The notes under the pieces: generated by a model
Databases searched by the model: none
The model's input: only the letters and a program-made list of their open reading frames with translations
Told to the model about the DNA's origin: nothing
Translations under genes and position numbers: made by a program
Shown: piece by piece, positions 1 to 13,254 of the stretch
How positions within the stretch are numbered: the first letter of the stretch is position 1
How the letters are laid out: each line of letters opens with the position of its first letter
Source: a bacterium
Lineage (GTDB): Bacteria > Zhuqueibacterota > Zhuqueibacteria > Residuimicrobiales > Krinioviventaceae
DNA: 64,000 nt
Direction: 5' to 3'
Assembly (NCBI GenBank): GCA_963675755.2
Contig: CAXXMD010000003.1
Span: 3,136,001 to 3,200,000 of the forward strand

Positions 1-1591
1 CACACAGCATTTGCAACGGACTTTCATAAACCACATACATGGCCAATTGATGTACACGTGTTCCCTGTGACATGGGACGTTCAAAAACCGGATTGAAATT
101 GTTCTTGTTTGTATTGCGCATTGCCCCTGGTGTAAAATCAATGGGACCTGCCAGCATACGTGTAAATGGAATTAGCACTTGCTTGTCCGGTGTTTCATCC
201 TTTGACCATTTGTTATATTCGTTTCCACGAACACCTTCACGCGTCATTAAATTGGGATATTCTCTTCTCAAACCGGTGGGTTTGTATGCTCCATGGAAAT
301 CAACCAGCAGATGATGTTCGGCAGCTTTTTTTACAATCTTTTTATACCAGTTTACAATCTTTTGATCGTCACGGTCCATAAAATCAATTTTTACACCCGC
401 AATACCCCAATCTTCAAACTGGGCAAACGCTTCATCTAATTGATTTTCAACAGTAACCCAGACACACCATAACAATATCTTTACGCCTTTTTCTTTTGCA
501 TAATCGATTAGAACCGGCATATTTACTTCAGGATTGGTATGTAAAAGGTCTTCGGTACCAGACCAGCCTTCATCGAAAAGAACATATTCTATACCATATT
601 GGGCTGCAAAATCTATATAGGCTTTATATGTATCTGTATTCAGGCCGGATTTAAAATCGACATTGTAGAGGTTTGAAGCGTTCCACCATTCCCATACAAC
701 TTTGCCGGATTGGATCCAGGATGTATCTTTGATCTGATTGGATTTTGCAAGACGATAGACCATATCGCTTTCGATAAAAGTACCATCGTTTTCGGAAATG
801 ACCATAACTCGCCAGGGGAAAAAACGACTGCCCTTTGTTTCGGCAATGTAATCTGCTGATTCTGATACAATGATCTTGCGGTCACGCACCTGTTTTTCTT
901 TTAACGCAACATTGGGAAATGTACTTACAAGCGTAGCTGAATGATCGTTAGTGCCTTTGAGATAGAGGCCTGCGTAATCATCAAGATCCGCTTCTGTAAT
1001 GACAAGTTTAACGCCATTTCCTTTTTCTACCAATACAGGCAGGTAGCTCTTTTGAGAATCAATAACAGAGTTTACTGCAACAAAATGATGTAATTCTTCA
1101 TAAGAGGTATGAAAACTTTCTACAAAACTGTAAAAACAAGAGTCTGCTTCATCAAGCCGATATTCTACATGTTCATTTTTGATTTTAATTTTACCGGGAA
1201 TGGATGTAAAAAAACGATAGGCTGCACCATCATTATATGCTCTGAATTCAAGGCCAAAGTTGCTATTAAAAGTAAGTGTTAATTTATTATAATTGTCTGT
1301 AATTGTTGAGCGTTTTGTTTTTACAATGGGTCTAATTGTATTATTGATGGTGTTTTTACGTGAGTTTCTAACAGTAGGATTTTCTCCCAGTACGATACCG
1401 TTTGACAAGGTCATGTCTATGCGAGAAGGGGATATAACGGTTTTGTTATTTAATGTTACATTGTATTTTATATCTTTTTTTACATTTATGGTGATTTCCA
1501 AATTCTCATCAGGAGACTGGATTTTGTATTCCTGTGCAAATCCATTGAAGCAGAATAATATGACTAGTATCCCAATTAACCTTGTTTTCAT
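1..1591 (-). CDS. Glycoside hydrolase family 97 (alpha-glucosidase/galactosidase), 3' end runs off the window edge
   Basis: Absent from the ORF track because it has no stop inside the window. ATG at 1591 follows a GGAGG RBS. Translates MKTRLIGILVILFCFNGFAQEYKIQSPDE (signal peptide) and later WIQSGKVVWEWWN...YKAYIDFAAQYGIEYVLFDEGWS, typical of GH97. Confidence 0.9.
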   Translation of the reverse strand, partial: MKTRLIGILVILFCFNGFAQEYKIQSPDENLEITINVKKDIKYNVTLNNKTVISPSRIDMTLSNGIVLGENPTVRNSRKNTINNTIRPIVKTKRSTITDNYNKLTLTFNSNFGLEFRAYNDGAAYRFFTSIPGKIKIKNEHVEYRLDEADSCFYSFVESFHTSYEELHHFVAVNSVIDSQKSYLPVLVEKGNGVKLVITEADLDDYAGLYLKGTNDHSATLVSTFPNVALKEKQVRDRKIIVSESADYIAETKGSRFFPWRVMVISENDGTFIESDMVYRLAKSNQIKDTSWIQSGKVVWEWWNASNLYNVDFKSGLNTDTYKAYIDFAAQYGIEYVLFDEGWSGTEDLLHTNPEVNMPVLIDYAKEKGVKILLWCVWVTVENQLDEAFAQFEDWGIAGVKIDFMDRDDQKIVNWYKKIVKKAAEHHLLVDFHGAYKPTGLRREYPNLMTREGVRGNEYNKWSKDETPDKQVLIPFTRMLAGPIDFTPGAMRNTNKNNFNPVFERPMSQGTRVHQLAMYVVYESPLQMLC

Positions 1592-1615
1592 CGGTTCCTC
1601 CAAATTTATTAAAAA

Positions 1616-1644
1616 AAGATAGAAAGATTCGTTGAAAAAAGCAA
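1616..1644 (-). promoter_or_regulatory. Putative sigma-70 promoter of the GH97 gene
   Basis: Minus strand TTGCTT-17 bp-TATCTT, 25 bp upstream of the start codon. Confidence 0.5.
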
Positions 1645-1668
1645 GGATAGTGTTTTTGTATGTAAAAC

Positions 1669-1706
1669 AAAAAAAGCCCGATAATTTTAACTACCGGGCT
1701 TTTTTT
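1669..1706. terminator. Intrinsic terminator, potentially bidirectional
   Basis: AAAAAAAGCCCG...CGGGCTTTTTTT hairpin just downstream of the 855-aa gene. Confidence 0.75.
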
Positions 1707-1722
1707 CTAATAAAGGAATTTT

Positions 1723-4290
<2,568 letters not shown>

Positions 4291-4340
4291 TTTTTACTCC
4301 TATACTTCATCACTACACACATCCCTAATTTTCCTTATTG

Positions 4341-4356
4341 TGCAATTATTGTTCCT
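4341..4356 (-). promoter_or_regulatory. Putative sigma-54 (-24/-12) promoter
   Basis: Minus strand AGGAAC-AATAA-TTGCA (GG-N10-GC). Upstream palindromes TCCCA-A-TGGGA (~4449-4459) and TGTTACA-TAGA-TGTAACA (4475-4492). Confidence 0.55.
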
Positions 4357-4604
4357 TTTATGTTTGGCCTTGCTTGTTTCTGTCTTAAGGGCCATAAAAA
4401 CATGTGTTTAGTTAAAACTTAAACGTTAATGGTTTTGTATATATTCCTTCCCAATGGGACAAATTTGAAATTGCTGTTACATAGATGTAACATTCGGCAG
4501 CTTTACTTGAAAATGAGAGCTATGTTTTGTAAGCATTACATTGAATTCAGTACAGGGTTGAAAGATTCGTTAAAGAAGCATGGATAGGATTTTGTAGGTA
4601 TAAC

Positions 4605-4637
4605 AAAAAGCCCTGTAGTAAAAAAACAGGGCTTTTT
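4605..4637. terminator. Intrinsic terminator
   Basis: AAAAAGCCCTGT...ACAGGGCTTTTT hairpin downstream of the 134-aa gene. Confidence 0.75.
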
Positions 4638-4662
4638 GTCTGAATAAAGTGATTTTAATTGA

Positions 4663-5067
4663 TCAAAGATCTATTGGGATCGAATCCAGGAAGGCAATAT
4701 CATAATTGCCTTTTGGGCCTTGCCATAAAAACCAGTATGTAACTTGAATGCTTTTGGCTTCTTTATGCTTTTCCAATAATTCAGAGTATTGCAGTTTTAA
4801 ACATTCACCGCTTTGAATCCCTTTTCCGCATGTTTCCGGGCTGGAGCAGGGTGTAAATTCTATCATCCGAAGATATGTTATAAAATGTATCGCATAATAC
4901 ATGGTATAACTGGTTTGATTATTCAATGTCAGTGTCTGGCTTACAGAATCCGCAGATATTGTAAAATCCTGCGATGCCATATTATCGGGTTCCAATGGCT
5001 GCTTTTTTGTTGTGCAAGAAAACAATACCACAGCCATTATAAGGATTAATACCAGATAATTTTTCAT
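4663..5067 (-). CDS. Hypothetical lipoprotein
   Basis: GGAGG RBS; lipobox VLFSC after a hydrophobic stretch. Confidence 0.7.
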   Translation of the reverse strand: MKNYLVLILIMAVVLFSCTTKKQPLEPDNMASQDFTISADSVSQTLTLNNQTSYTMYYAIHFITYLRMIEFTPCSSPETCGKGIQSGECLKLQYSELLEKHKEAKSIQVTYWFLWQGPKGNYDIAFLDSIPIDL

Positions 5068-5132
5068 AACATCCTCCTATAGAGAATGGTTTGAACTGCA
5101 TTGGATGTTGCCATTAATATTATAAAACAAAA

Positions 5133-6674
5133 TTAAATCTGTTCATGTTCCTTGTTTGTTGCAATCCGTTTGATAACCAGTTTATCATATCCAAGAATCA
5201 GTAATGCGGATACAAGAGCCAGCACTGTGAATATGATCCACATGATGTCTGGGCGCTGCATGTCTCTTGCGAATTTTGCGTATAGTTGTCCTGAAAGGAT
5301 TCCACCAAACAGATTGCCTAGAGCAACACACCAATAAAAATAACCCATATAGAGAGCAACTTTATTGGGTGGGGCAATAGAACCGGTATATTCTTTAGAT
5401 TTGGGGCTGGCCATCATTTCGCCAAAGGAAAAGATAAAGATACCCCAAACAACAACCCATCCCATATGGCTAAAAGTAAGCACAGAAAAGCTTACAACCG
5501 TTATGAGTACGCCCCAAAAGATAGTGGTAAATGGTTTGAGACGGGTAACCAGGTATGAAACCAGCAATTGAAAAAAGATAATGGCACCGGCATTGATGTT
5601 GATAATATATTCAGGATTCATTTGTCCGCTTACTGCCATGGAATTACGGAATGATTCTATAGCGCCTCCCAGCCCTACGACTTTCATAAATGCTGCGGAT
5701 GTGTTCATCAAATCTGTTGTATCTACAAAATCCCGGATATAAAGCGGAAGCGTGTAAAAGATCTGATTAAAGGACGTCCAGAAACCGGACATGAGCAGCA
5801 GAAACAGACCAAACCGCCAGTCACCCAGTTTCATGGGAGATGTAAGCCAATTTTTACTTTGACTGGAAGCGTTTTTGAGAATTATATCATATACAATATT
5901 GATTCCCGTCCAAACAATCAGAATGATTATAATGTCATACCATGAAATAAATCCACTAGCAGTATATTTGGACCCCAGAACCAATACAAATAATAGTACA
6001 AATACAAACAGGAAAAACCGGCCATTACCCAAAACTTCTACCATATCCGTCAATACTTTTTTCAGGTTGCGTTTTTCTGCAGAAGTGCTTTCGGTTGTGG
6101 GCTCTTTGTATAACAATAATACCAATAGAATATTAAAAGCAATCCAGCCTGCGGACGCGACAAATACCCATTTCCAGGCTATACCTCTAACAATTCCGGC
6201 AACTATGGGGCCCACAAAGCCACCAATATTTACCATCATGTAAAAGATACCGAATCCCATAGAAGCGGTTTTAGGATTGGTTGTTTTTGATACGGTACCA
6301 ATGATAACCGGTTTGAACATGGCTGCACCCAGGGCTACAGTCATATAGACCAGAAAAAAGGCAGGAAAGGATTTTGCCTGTCCCAGGAAAAAGTAGGCGG
6401 GTGTAAGTACGAGAAATGCTGAAAACAGCATCTTTTTAAATCCATACCGGTCGGCAAGCGCACCGGTAACAACGGGAAAAAGATAGAGGAAAAATGTAAC
6501 AACACCCTGTAAAACACCACGATCTTCGTCTGTAAATCCCAATCCGCCTTCACTTACTGCTCCGGTAATATATAAAGAAGATACGGCAAAAAAACCGTAC
6601 CATGCCATGCGTTCAAATATTTCCATTACATTGGCGATCCAAAACGTTTGTGGGAAATCTTTTAATTTAGCCAT
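5133..6674 (-). CDS. MFS transporter, POT/peptide transporter-like
   Basis: EIFERMAWYG (ExxER motif), GALADRYG, FYMMVNIG, many transmembrane segments. Confidence 0.88.
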   Translation of the reverse strand: MAKLKDFPQTFWIANVMEIFERMAWYGFFAVSSLYITGAVSEGGLGFTDEDRGVLQGVVTFFLYLFPVVTGALADRYGFKKMLFSAFLVLTPAYFFLGQAKSFPAFFLVYMTVALGAAMFKPVIIGTVSKTTNPKTASMGFGIFYMMVNIGGFVGPIVAGIVRGIAWKWVFVASAGWIAFNILLVLLLYKEPTTESTSAEKRNLKKVLTDMVEVLGNGRFFLFVFVLLFVLVLGSKYTASGFISWYDIIIILIVWTGINIVYDIILKNASSQSKNWLTSPMKLGDWRFGLFLLLMSGFWTSFNQIFYTLPLYIRDFVDTTDLMNTSAAFMKVVGLGGAIESFRNSMAVSGQMNPEYIININAGAIIFFQLLVSYLVTRLKPFTTIFWGVLITVVSFSVLTFSHMGWVVVWGIFIFSFGEMMASPKSKEYTGSIAPPNKVALYMGYFYWCVALGNLFGGILSGQLYAKFARDMQRPDIMWIIFTVLALVSALLILGYDKLVIKRIATNKEHEQI

Positions 6675-6812
6675 TTCTGTTCCTGCTTTATTATGTTCAA
6701 TTTTTCAAGGCCTAGTATACTAAATACCTGTTTGAATATCAAGTCAAATAAAGGATTGAATAATAACTTGCTATATGTGTATATTCTTAATGACAAATTA
6801 TGGAGGGAATTT

Positions 6813-7562
6813 ATGTTGAAAAGATTGGGCATTTTGTTAGTATTACTGGGGACTTTTTCTGCATGTACCAAAGAAAAAAAGAGTTCCGAACCCTGGGCCG
6901 AGCTGCCTCAGGAGCAGTGGCCTGCTATTGCTTTGACAAGTGATTTTGTGATTGATGGAAAACAATATGTAGCTAAAGGCAGTGGGTTTTTGATTGATAC
7001 CGGCAAAGATACACTGGCAGTGACCTGTAAACACTGGTTTTTATTTTTCCAGGGCGCACACAATTTACATAGTATCGATTTTGAAGGCAAATTGGAGTCA
7101 TGGGAAATGTACCCCAAGGACCAGCCGGAAAAACGGATTGTTTTAGGAGAACCCATCAATACGGACCCGAATGAAAAGGTATTAAGTAATAAGATTATGA
7201 ATTACGACTGGTTATTGTTTAAAATTAAAGAAAAAAATCCGGATATTTATCCATTGAAAATTCGTTTTGGCAAGGTTGACAAGGGAGAAGATTTGTATTC
7301 AATCGGTTGGACAAATGACCAGGATCCTATCTCTCAACCCGTGAGACATTGGATTATGTACAAAACCTATGGTTTTCGACACTTGATTGATATTCAAGGT
7401 AGTAAAGATTTGGCGGGTCACAGTGGAGCGCCGGTAATTGACTGTAATGGGTACGTAATTGGTATTAACGGAGGTGGTTCCGGTGAAAAAGCCTGGATAT
7501 GTACAACAGAGTATTTAAAGACTGTATTGGTAAAATTTGGTTATTTATCAGTTGACATGTAA
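6813..7562 (+). CDS. Trypsin-like serine protease lipoprotein
   Basis: ATG at 6813 after GGAGG; lipobox FSAC; triad motifs GSGF..TCKH, YDWLL and GHSGAPV. Confidence 0.75.
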   Translation: MLKRLGILLVLLGTFSACTKEKKSSEPWAELPQEQWPAIALTSDFVIDGKQYVAKGSGFLIDTGKDTLAVTCKHWFLFFQGAHNLHSIDFEGKLESWEMYPKDQPEKRIVLGEPINTDPNEKVLSNKIMNYDWLLFKIKEKNPDIYPLKIRFGKVDKGEDLYSIGWTNDQDPISQPVRHWIMYKTYGFRHLIDIQGSKDLAGHSGAPVIDCNGYVIGINGGGSGEKAWICTTEYLKTVLVKFGYLSVDM

Positions 7563-7719
7563 CAATTTTTTTTATATTATTAATAACTCCCCCCGGCGCA
7601 GAGAATGTATTTCCTTGTTTAACAATGTTTTATTTAGCTGCAATGAATTGGTGTCTGAAAATTGTTAATTGTAGTTAGAATAGAAACTGTTTCCTTAAAT
7701 TTGTGTTTAATTTAAATAG

Positions 7720-10700
7720 GTGATTGCTATGAAATTAAATGTAATATTCTTGTTTTTGGGATTTGTTATTACCTCTGCTATTGCCGGGCCTGAATTTGAT
7801 ATTGGGATGCATGAAAAGTTGGCCAACGCTAAAGAACAGCGTGTTCGCAAAATGTTGAGACAAGAGCAAACGCTCCCGGATGTTGAAACTGTTCATGCAA
7901 TTGATGTGGTGCATTATGATTTGCAGCTTGACTTTGATATTGAGGCCAAAGAAATTTTTGGTAAAGTTGGCGTTACAGCATTGGTAAATGTAGACGCTAT
8001 CTCAATGATGGGGTTAAACATGTGGAATGGATTGGTTATAGATTCTATTGTTGTGAGTGAAACACAGCAACCTTTAAATTATTCAATCAAAGGTGCATTA
8101 GACATGCTTATGATCAGTCTTGATCGTGAATATACGGCGGGGGAGTATATTCAATTTCAGGTCATTTATCATGGACAGCCTCAAAAATCAGGATACAGGG
8201 CTTTTGATTTTTCCGGTAACGGAAGCAGTACGAACATCTGGTCTTTGAGTGAGCCTTTTGGAGCAAGAAGCTGGTGGCCATGTAAAGATACGCCTGCAGA
8301 TAAAGCAGATTCCGTTGATATTCGTTTGACTGTACCCAACAATATGATTGCAGTATCAAATGGAACGCTTCGTTCAACAGAGGACCACGGCGAGAAAACT
8401 ACCTGGTGGTGGCATGAACAATATCCTATTACAACTTATTTGGTTTCAGTTGCAATCCATGAATATGAAATCCATTATGATGACTATATTTATAATGATG
8501 GTGCCGATACTATGGCAATAGAATTTTACAACTTTCCGGGAAATTATCAGGGGCAAAAAAAAGATCTGGATAAAGTCAAACACATGATCGAATTCCTGTC
8601 TGATATATATGGCCAATACCCGTTTATCAAAGAAAAATATGGTCACGCGGACTATGACGGGGGAGGTGCAATGGAGCACCAAACCTGCTCTTCTTTTAGT
8701 TTTTGGGGTGAAGAAGTATTTGTACATGAACTTGCGCACCAGTGGTGCGGAGATCTTATAACCTGTAATTCATGGGAGCACATTTGGCTAAATGAAGGAT
8801 TTGCTACTTATAGTGAAGCTTTATGGTATGAGCATGCTTATGAGAATATTACTGCCAGTAAATACCAGATGAGTTCAATTGGAATTGTAGGGGAGGGTAC
8901 CGTAATTGTTGAAGATCCATTGAATGATCGTATTTTTGATGGAGGACTGTCATATATCAAAGGATCATGGGTTTTACATATGCTGCGTCATGTTGTGGGG
9001 GATAGTTCATTTTTTGATATTATGAAATACTATTTCGGAGAATCAGAGTATAGATTTAATTCTGCAACAACAGAACAATTTCGAGATCTTTGTGAACAGA
9101 TTTCGGGAATGGATTTGGATACATTTTTCCACCAATGGATCTATGAACCGGGTAGCCCGGTTTATCAGGTGTCCTGGGATTGGGAGCCTCTACCGGACGA
9201 AACATATCGTGTGTCTGGAGTTTTAAAACAAGTTCAGACTTTGGGGCCTGTTTTTGAAATGCCAATTGATTTTACCATATTACAATCAACTCTGGATACA
9301 TTGTTTACTATGCAGAATAATGCCTCTGAGCAACCTTTTGAATTTATTGTTAAAGATGTTCCTCTGGGGTTGATAGTTGATAAAGGTAACTGGATTCTCA
9401 AGGCGGTAGAGTATCAATCTCAACCTGATATAAAAATAGATTCAATTGCTATAACAGAATCTATTGGTAATCAAAATGGCGTACCTGAAGCGGGTGAACA
9501 AATTAATTTGCAAATTCATATTGAGAATTTAAACCGGCGTTTAAACTCTGTCGATTTTACACTTTTATCAGATGAAGAATCTGTAGAAATTCTGGAAAAT
9601 ACCTGGCAGGTAAATGATTGGATCAAGGGTGATATTGTTGGTAATGATCCTCTTGAAATTAAAATGAATGTTACAGATAAAGCTTATCCGCATCTTGTTA
9701 AATTTAAATTACAGCTTTTGACGGATGGCGATTTTGAATCAAATTATTATTTTTATTTTCCTATAGGAATTGAACCTTTATTATATGTTGATGACAGTAA
9801 TTCTTTGGAATCTCAACTTTATTTTGAAACTTTATTGAAAAAATATAATGTATTCTATGAAAAATGGGATACAGCATTGCAAGGTCCGCCGGAATTAAGC
9901 GATTGGCCTATGGTTATCTGGTCTACCGGAAATGAAACGGATAGTACGCTTACAACCACTGAACAAGGTGTTATTCGCGAATATCTTGAAAATGGCGGCA
10001 GATTGTTGATATGCGGTCAGCATATTGGTTTTGATCTGGTTGAAAACGGGTCCGTAGAGGATTCTCTGTTTTATTCCAATATTCTCAATGCCGAATATGC
10101 GGGACGTGAATCAGATTTTAGATATCTTTACGGTATTGGGAATACACTATTAGAAAATAGTGTCATGCTAAGTTTGTTACAGGACAAGAGTAATTATAAA
10201 TTCAGTGATTACCCGGAAATAATCGTTCCAATGCATACGGAAGATCGGTTGTTTAAATATAACAATACTGCCAATACATCAGGGATATATTTTCATAATG
10301 AAATAAATGATTCAAAGCTGATATATCTTTCATTTGGACTAGAGGGTATTTCAACATTATATGATCCGAATTCAATGCTGAGATTTGTAAATGGTACCTT
10401 GATGTGGTTTATGGATTCATCCAAACCTGTTACTAATTTAACTGAAGAAAAGGGAATACTGCTGGATTATAAGCTGGGTAATAATTATCCCAATCCCTTT
10501 AATCCTGAAACAATGATCTATTTTACAGTCCCAAAATCAGAACAGGTAAAGCTTGAGATATTTGACATTACCGGTCGCAAAGTCATAACACTATATAATA
10601 AAGTTGCTGCACCTGGTGAATATTCTGTTATCTGGAATGGGAAAAATAAAAGTGGTATCCAGATGCCCAGTGGTACATATTTTTACCGGCTAGCGGGAAA

Positions 10701-10740
10701 ATCGTTTAGTGAAACTAAAAAATTATTACTGTTAAGGTAG
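7720..10740 (+). CDS. Secreted M1-family zinc aminopeptidase with C-terminal FlgD-Ig sorting domain
   Basis: GAMEH, HELAH-x18-E (WLNEGFA), YIKG; C-terminal NYPNPFNP. Confidence 0.92.
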   Translation: MIAMKLNVIFLFLGFVITSAIAGPEFDIGMHEKLANAKEQRVRKMLRQEQTLPDVETVHAIDVVHYDLQLDFDIEAKEIFGKVGVTALVNVDAISMMGLNMWNGLVIDSIVVSETQQPLNYSIKGALDMLMISLDREYTAGEYIQFQVIYHGQPQKSGYRAFDFSGNGSSTNIWSLSEPFGARSWWPCKDTPADKADSVDIRLTVPNNMIAVSNGTLRSTEDHGEKTTWWWHEQYPITTYLVSVAIHEYEIHYDDYIYNDGADTMAIEFYNFPGNYQGQKKDLDKVKHMIEFLSDIYGQYPFIKEKYGHADYDGGGAMEHQTCSSFSFWGEEVFVHELAHQWCGDLITCNSWEHIWLNEGFATYSEALWYEHAYENITASKYQMSSIGIVGEGTVIVEDPLNDRIFDGGLSYIKGSWVLHMLRHVVGDSSFFDIMKYYFGESEYRFNSATTEQFRDLCEQISGMDLDTFFHQWIYEPGSPVYQVSWDWEPLPDETYRVSGVLKQVQTLGPVFEMPIDFTILQSTLDTLFTMQNNASEQPFEFIVKDVPLGLIVDKGNWILKAVEYQSQPDIKIDSIAITESIGNQNGVPEAGEQINLQIHIENLNRRLNSVDFTLLSDEESVEILENTWQVNDWIKGDIVGNDPLEIKMNVTDKAYPHLVKFKLQLLTDGDFESNYYFYFPIGIEPLLYVDDSNSLESQLYFETLLKKYNVFYEKWDTALQGPPELSDWPMVIWSTGNETDSTLTTTEQGVIREYLENGGRLLICGQHIGFDLVENGSVEDSLFYSNILNAEYAGRESDFRYLYGIGNTLLENSVMLSLLQDKSNYKFSDYPEIIVPMHTEDRLFKYNNTANTSGIYFHNEINDSKLIYLSFGLEGISTLYDPNSMLRFVNGTLMWFMDSSKPVTNLTEEKGILLDYKLGNNYPNPFNPETMIYFTVPKSEQVKLEIFDITGRKVITLYNKVAAPGEYSVIWNGKNKSGIQMPSGTYFYRLAGKSFSETKKLLLLR

Positions 10741-10867
10741 ATGATTTGTCCGGCACAATTCTTTGGATAGAAACAGGTGGTCCGATTTTTCTTGCAATTT
10801 TGTATAAATATAATTAATATATGCAGTTAAACTTGTTTTGGGTGAACATTAAAAAAAGGGGAATGTT

Positions 10868-11242
10868 ATGTTTTTATATGGTCTGGTACCCGGGTTATTT
10901 GCAGGTTTAGTATGGGTATGGTATTCAAGTAAATATGAACTGTATCCGGAAAATAAATTAAGCCAGTTTGATAGAAAAGTTTTATCTATTCTTGGCTTTG
11001 GTGCATTGTTGTTGATTGCGGGGCCCATAAGTTTATATTTTTATTCTTTACGGTATGTAGACTCTGGCAATTCTGCTTTTTGGGACCATTTGTTTGTATT
11101 AGGAGTTCCAATAATTATTTTAAATTTGATGAATTTAAAAAACATGAACAGGAATAAATTGAATCAATTTATGTTTTCAGGACTGATTGTTGTGATATTT
11201 GGATTTATTACACCTTTGATGTTTACTATACAGAACCACTGA
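10868..11242 (+). CDS. Small membrane protein (4 TM), hypothetical
   Basis: RBS and four hydrophobic segments. Confidence 0.65.
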   Translation: MFLYGLVPGLFAGLVWVWYSSKYELYPENKLSQFDRKVLSILGFGALLLIAGPISLYFYSLRYVDSGNSAFWDHLFVLGVPIIILNLMNLKNMNRNKLNQFMFSGLIVVIFGFITPLMFTIQNH

Positions 11243-11255
11243 TTGGAGTAGAAAA

Positions 11256-13133
11256 TTGTTACGGCGTTGGGATGCGGTTATTGTTGTTATATTGACTATG
11301 GTATTTACAGTATTGTACGCAAGTACTCCTGCTGAAGATTATGATAAAGTACAATCACGGCTGGCAAAAGGATGGAACACCTGGAACACGCACAGCTTAT
11401 TGTCGCATGTTTTGTTACCACAAGGTTTAGCTGTAAATATTGGGTTGAAATATTCCGGGATTGAAGGTGACTCTTTTTTAAATTCCCCCCTTGTAGAACA
11501 GGAAAAAGAAAGTGCAAATATTCAATTCGGTCCGCATGCCTGGGACGCAAGTTATACTGAACTGATTGTCGAATGGCAGGGTGCACGTATCAAGGTGCAG
11601 AGTGCCATTGACAACCGGGATTGGTATATATTACTCACTCCCGAAAAAAAGGCTGACAGACCTTTGCTTGCTTATGCAGAGACAGGTATGCTTTGGAACC
11701 ATTCCGGTTCAGTTGCATTTGTAGGAGATCATGTTGAAGCGGTTTTTCCGGATTCTTTGGTAAATATATATGCATCCGGGCAACTGGTTTCTGATGCAGG
11801 TTTGCCGGTTTTATCTCCCTATTTGGCAATGCGTTTGGATAATGCTGTTGGTTTTTGTACTGGTGCACGTAAAAGTATATCTGAAATACAATCTGTTATA
11901 AACCAGAAAGAAATGGATCTGAATGCTAAAGTCCAGAAATATGGAAATTCGGCAGAAGCATATCTTGCAATGCAAAGCGTTGTTGCCTGGAATACCATTT
12001 ATGACGCGGGTAATAAAAGAATCTTTACCACTCCTGACCGGCTGCAAAACAAGATTAATGGTGGTTGGGCACTGAACACAACGGATGTTTTTTATTCTGC
12101 TTTTATGACATTACCGGATCATAAAGACCTGGCTTTGGCAAATATTGTAGAAGTATTGGGTGAAAAAACTGAATTGGGATTTGTACCCGCAACTATATGT
12201 GCCAATGGAAAAACCACACTTGACCGTTCGGCATTGCCGCTTGCATCAACAGCAGCATTGAAGTATTTTAAAAAATATAATGAAAAGTGGCTTTTAGAGC
12301 TGGTTTTTGAAGATCTTTTAACCTGGAATCGCTGGTGGGATATTTATAGAAATTATGATGGACTGCTGTGTTGGGGCTCTAATCCCTATTCCGATCCTTT
12401 TAATGATCCTGCTAGAGGTAACTTGCGGGCTGCTATTTTAGAATCCGGTACAGTTAATTCTCCCATGTACGATCTGGTTCCTTTTAATGACAAAACGCAA
12501 TTGATGGAATTGTGGGATGTTGGTTTGAACAGTCTGTATGTGATGGATTGTAAAGCGTTGGCGGAAATTGCAGTAACACTAGGCAAGACATCTGAAGAGC
12601 GCGAGCTCCGTATGCGTGGGGAACAATATGCTGATAATATTGAAAGATTATGGGATGATAAAGCCGGCTTGTATGTAAATGTTCGTACTGATACGGATGA
12701 AAAGAGTTCCCGGATTTCTCCAACATCCTTTTACCCTTTGATTGCAAAAATTCCAGATGAAGCACGTGCAAAAAAGATGGTTGAAACCCATTTGCTTGAT
12801 CCTCAAAAATTTTGGGGTAATTGGATCGTTCCATCAATCTCTAAAACGGACCAGGCATATAAAGATAATAATTACTGGCGTGGAAGAATTGTTGCCCCCG
12901 TAAATTTCTTTTTATATCTGGGGCTGAATAATTATGATATGGCCCAGAGTAAGACCGAATTGGCAGAGAAATCACAAGCTTTGCTGATTAATGGATGGTC
13001 TGAAAACGGTTGTATATGTGAAAATTTTAATGCTGAAACCGGTATGGGTAACGATATAGAATACAATAAAAGATTTAATCTGCGCAGTGGTTTGCTGGGG
13101 TTGATTTCACTCATGAATGCCGGACAATTTTAA
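11256..13133 (+). CDS. GH63/MGH1-like (alpha/alpha)6 glycoside hydrolase homolog, possibly catalytically altered
   Basis: GWNTWN, ESGTVNSPMYD, SPTSFYPL, YWRGRI and ENF motifs; signal peptide. Confidence 0.8.
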   Translation: MLRRWDAVIVVILTMVFTVLYASTPAEDYDKVQSRLAKGWNTWNTHSLLSHVLLPQGLAVNIGLKYSGIEGDSFLNSPLVEQEKESANIQFGPHAWDASYTELIVEWQGARIKVQSAIDNRDWYILLTPEKKADRPLLAYAETGMLWNHSGSVAFVGDHVEAVFPDSLVNIYASGQLVSDAGLPVLSPYLAMRLDNAVGFCTGARKSISEIQSVINQKEMDLNAKVQKYGNSAEAYLAMQSVVAWNTIYDAGNKRIFTTPDRLQNKINGGWALNTTDVFYSAFMTLPDHKDLALANIVEVLGEKTELGFVPATICANGKTTLDRSALPLASTAALKYFKKYNEKWLLELVFEDLLTWNRWWDIYRNYDGLLCWGSNPYSDPFNDPARGNLRAAILESGTVNSPMYDLVPFNDKTQLMELWDVGLNSLYVMDCKALAEIAVTLGKTSEERELRMRGEQYADNIERLWDDKAGLYVNVRTDTDEKSSRISPTSFYPLIAKIPDEARAKKMVETHLLDPQKFWGNWIVPSISKTDQAYKDNNYWRGRIVAPVNFFLYLGLNNYDMAQSKTELAEKSQALLINGWSENGCICENFNAETGMGNDIEYNKRFNLRSGLLGLISLMNAGQF

Positions 13134-13175
13134 TATTAAATGACGGTATTTTTATTTTCACACCATAGAATTTCA

Positions 13176-13205
13176 TGTAAACAAAGAGTATAATTGATTC
13201 GTCTT
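13176..13205 (+). promoter_or_regulatory. Putative ECF sigma (autoregulatory) promoter
   Basis: TGTAAAC-17 bp-CGTCTT, 50 bp upstream of the ECF gene; matches the AAC/CGT ECF pattern. Confidence 0.55.
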
Positions 13206-13254
13206 ATTATTGAGTAGTGTTCAATACATGACGAGGTTATGTGCAGGATATTGA

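Noticed and set aside
72-1622. Short ORFs 72-314, 166-381, 640-885 and 1293-1622
   Set aside because: They are shadows of the GH97 gene on the minus strand. The same applies to the many short antisense or out-of-frame ORFs inside long genes throughout the track.
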